A stretch of DNA of 59,728 nucleotides, the filler included, from Globobulimina sp. (Eukaryota), in NCBI GenBank assembly GCA_003354225.1. It is 13 parts of 13 records of this genome, joined end to end, with 100 filler letters (N's around TTAATTAATTAA, not from the genome) between each part and the next. Parts side by side here need not be neighbours in the genome. Positions count along the whole stretch, not along the records: positions 55,234 to 59,728 come from PIVH01001189.1; 12 more parts are not named here. One strand, 5' to 3'. Both the position numbers and the translations under genes were made by a program. The stretch's first letter is position 1. Every line of letters starts with the position of its first letter. Of the stretch, positions 58,313 to 59,728 are shown one piece after another. The notes under the pieces were generated by a model. It was not told the origin of the DNA, made no database searches, and saw only the letters and a list, made by a program, of their open reading frames with translations.

Positions 58313-59728
58313 TTAAACATTATTTTTATAAAATCTATGAAATGGATATTGTGGTATTTTATTATCAAGTTTATTATAATATTTATTTTTATTCATTTTG
58401 ATTTTTATGTTATTCTTTTTTATTATTTTTTTTGAAATTATACCATTTAATTTATCTTGCTCATATTTTATATTAATTTCTTTAATTATATTATTACATT
58501 CTTCTTCTGTTTTATAATATAATTTTTGGAATGGATCTACGACTTCTTGCCAATGAAAGTTTTTAAAATCATAAATATTTTCTCTAAATCCTTGTTCTGG
58601 ATTATTCTCTTTGAAAATATTGTATTCTATTTCATTATATATTTTATATTTTCTTAATATTCCTATTAATTTCTTTTTCTTAATAAAACTTTTTCTATCA
58701 CCACCTCTTAAAAATTGAGTTGTTAATGCTTCTACTAAACTACTAGACATTTCAATATCATCACTATAATCTATATTATCACTACCAATACCACAACTAA
58801 TTCCACTATTTTTAAAATCTAAATATTCAATGATATCTTCTTCTACTTCTTGAACTACATATGTTAAATATGCTACAATATGGTCGTATTTTGATTCACC
58901 TACTTCTATAAATTCTGGTAATAATATAACTAATTCTTTATTAAGATTTCTACCATTTTCTCCTTTTTTATCTGGTCTCAATCCTCTACCTACACATTGT
59001 CTAATATCTATTTGTTGAGTTTTTGGGTCTGTAAATGTTATAAAATCTATTTTAGGATTATCATAACCATAAGATATTTTTTTACAAACAATAATAATTG
59101 AATTATCTTCATCATCTTCAAACTCTTTAATTGTTTCATCATTTAAAAAATAATTATAAGGACAAATATTATTTAACAATTCTATTTTGTTATTAATTCT
59201 AATTTCTTCTTGTTCTATTTCTTGTAATTTTCTATTATATTCAATATTTGTTATTTCTTCACTTTCTAATTGTGATCTTAAGGTTCTTTTTTGTTGTCCA
59301 TAAGACATATTACCAATAAATAAATAAGGTTTGATCTTATTATTTACATTACCTAAATGTTTATCTAACATCATACTAAACATATTTAAACATCTTTTTT
59401 GATTTCTATGAAACGATATACCTTTTTTACGATTTGTTTTATTAAATGTATCATATACTAATCCGAGTAAAGAACTATCTTGATTATCTACTGGTTTAAT
59501 ATATGTTTTAATAGGGCATAAGTATCTTTCGGTAATTAAGTATTTAATATTAACTAATTTAATATGTTCTCCAAAATATTCTGGATTTTCAATCATTTTA
59601 TCTTGTGGTGTTGCTGTTACAAATAATTTTTTAATATTTTTATTATTACCTAACCAATATTTTAAATGGTCTTTATTCTCTTTTGTTTCATCGTTTAATT
59701 GTTTTAACCAACAACAAGTTTCATGTGC
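58313..59728 (-). CDS. Superfamily 2 (DEAH, restriction-enzyme Res-like) helicase, 5'-truncated
   Basis: The frame is open to the window edge and begins ...AH (end of motif II). KKLFVTATP (III), SFH (IV), CKKISYGYDNP.IDFI.F.DPK (V) and QCVGRGLR (VI) follow. Confidence 0.88.
   Translation of the reverse strand, partial: AHETCCWLKQLNDETKENKDHLKYWLGNNKNIKKLFVTATPQDKMIENPEYFGEHIKLVNIKYLITERYLCPIKTYIKPVDNQDSSLLGLVYDTFNKTNRKKGISFHRNQKRCLNMFSMMLDKHLGNVNNKIKPYLFIGNMSYGQQKRTLRSQLESEEITNIEYNRKLQEIEQEEIRINNKIELLNNICPYNYFLNDETIKEFEDDEDNSIIIVCKKISYGYDNPKIDFITFTDPKTQQIDIRQCVGRGLRPDKKGENGRNLNKELVILLPEFIEVGESKYDHIVAYLTYVVQEVEEDIIEYLDFKNSGISCGIGSDNIDYSDDIEMSSSLVEALTTQFLRGGDRKSFIKKKKLIGILRKYKIYNEIEYNIFKENNPEQGFRENIYDFKNFHWQEVVDPFQKLYYKTEEECNNIIKEINIKYEQDKLNGIISKKIIKKNNIKIKMNKNKYYNKLDNKIPQYPFHRFYKNNV

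Overview
This window is not one locus. It is 13 unrelated contigs of about 4.5 kb (4509 down to 4495 bp, sorted by length), joined by artificial 100-nt N-TTAATTAATTAA-N spacers, so adjacency across a spacer carries no information. Most contigs come from an AT-rich, gene-dense microbial eukaryote with 47-83-nt GT-AG introns and very short intergenic gaps; the gene families suggest a foraminiferan/rhizarian, which is an inference. Recognisable genes: transketolase, K+-dependent H+-PPase, ATP12, ALKBH6, double FKBP, BBOF1, SLBP, an aldo-keto reductase, tRNA-Val(AAC), a C-type lectin, a Cys-rich surface-protein cluster and an R-S-E ADP-ribosyltransferase. Mobile DNA includes a BEL/Pao pol abutting a Helentron-like repeat, an intron-containing KDZ-type transposase and three MITE-like elements. 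The last contig (55234-59728) looks giant-virus-like: intronless, extremely AT-rich, with AAAATTGA promoter motifs. It carries an SF2 helicase followed by a single-chain N6-methyltransferase + two specificity domains + SAP fusion, the best candidate here for an undescribed system. Also notable are a frameshifted SAP + 2OG-Fe(II)-dioxygenase-like gene and an unnamed domain shared by two unrelated proteins.
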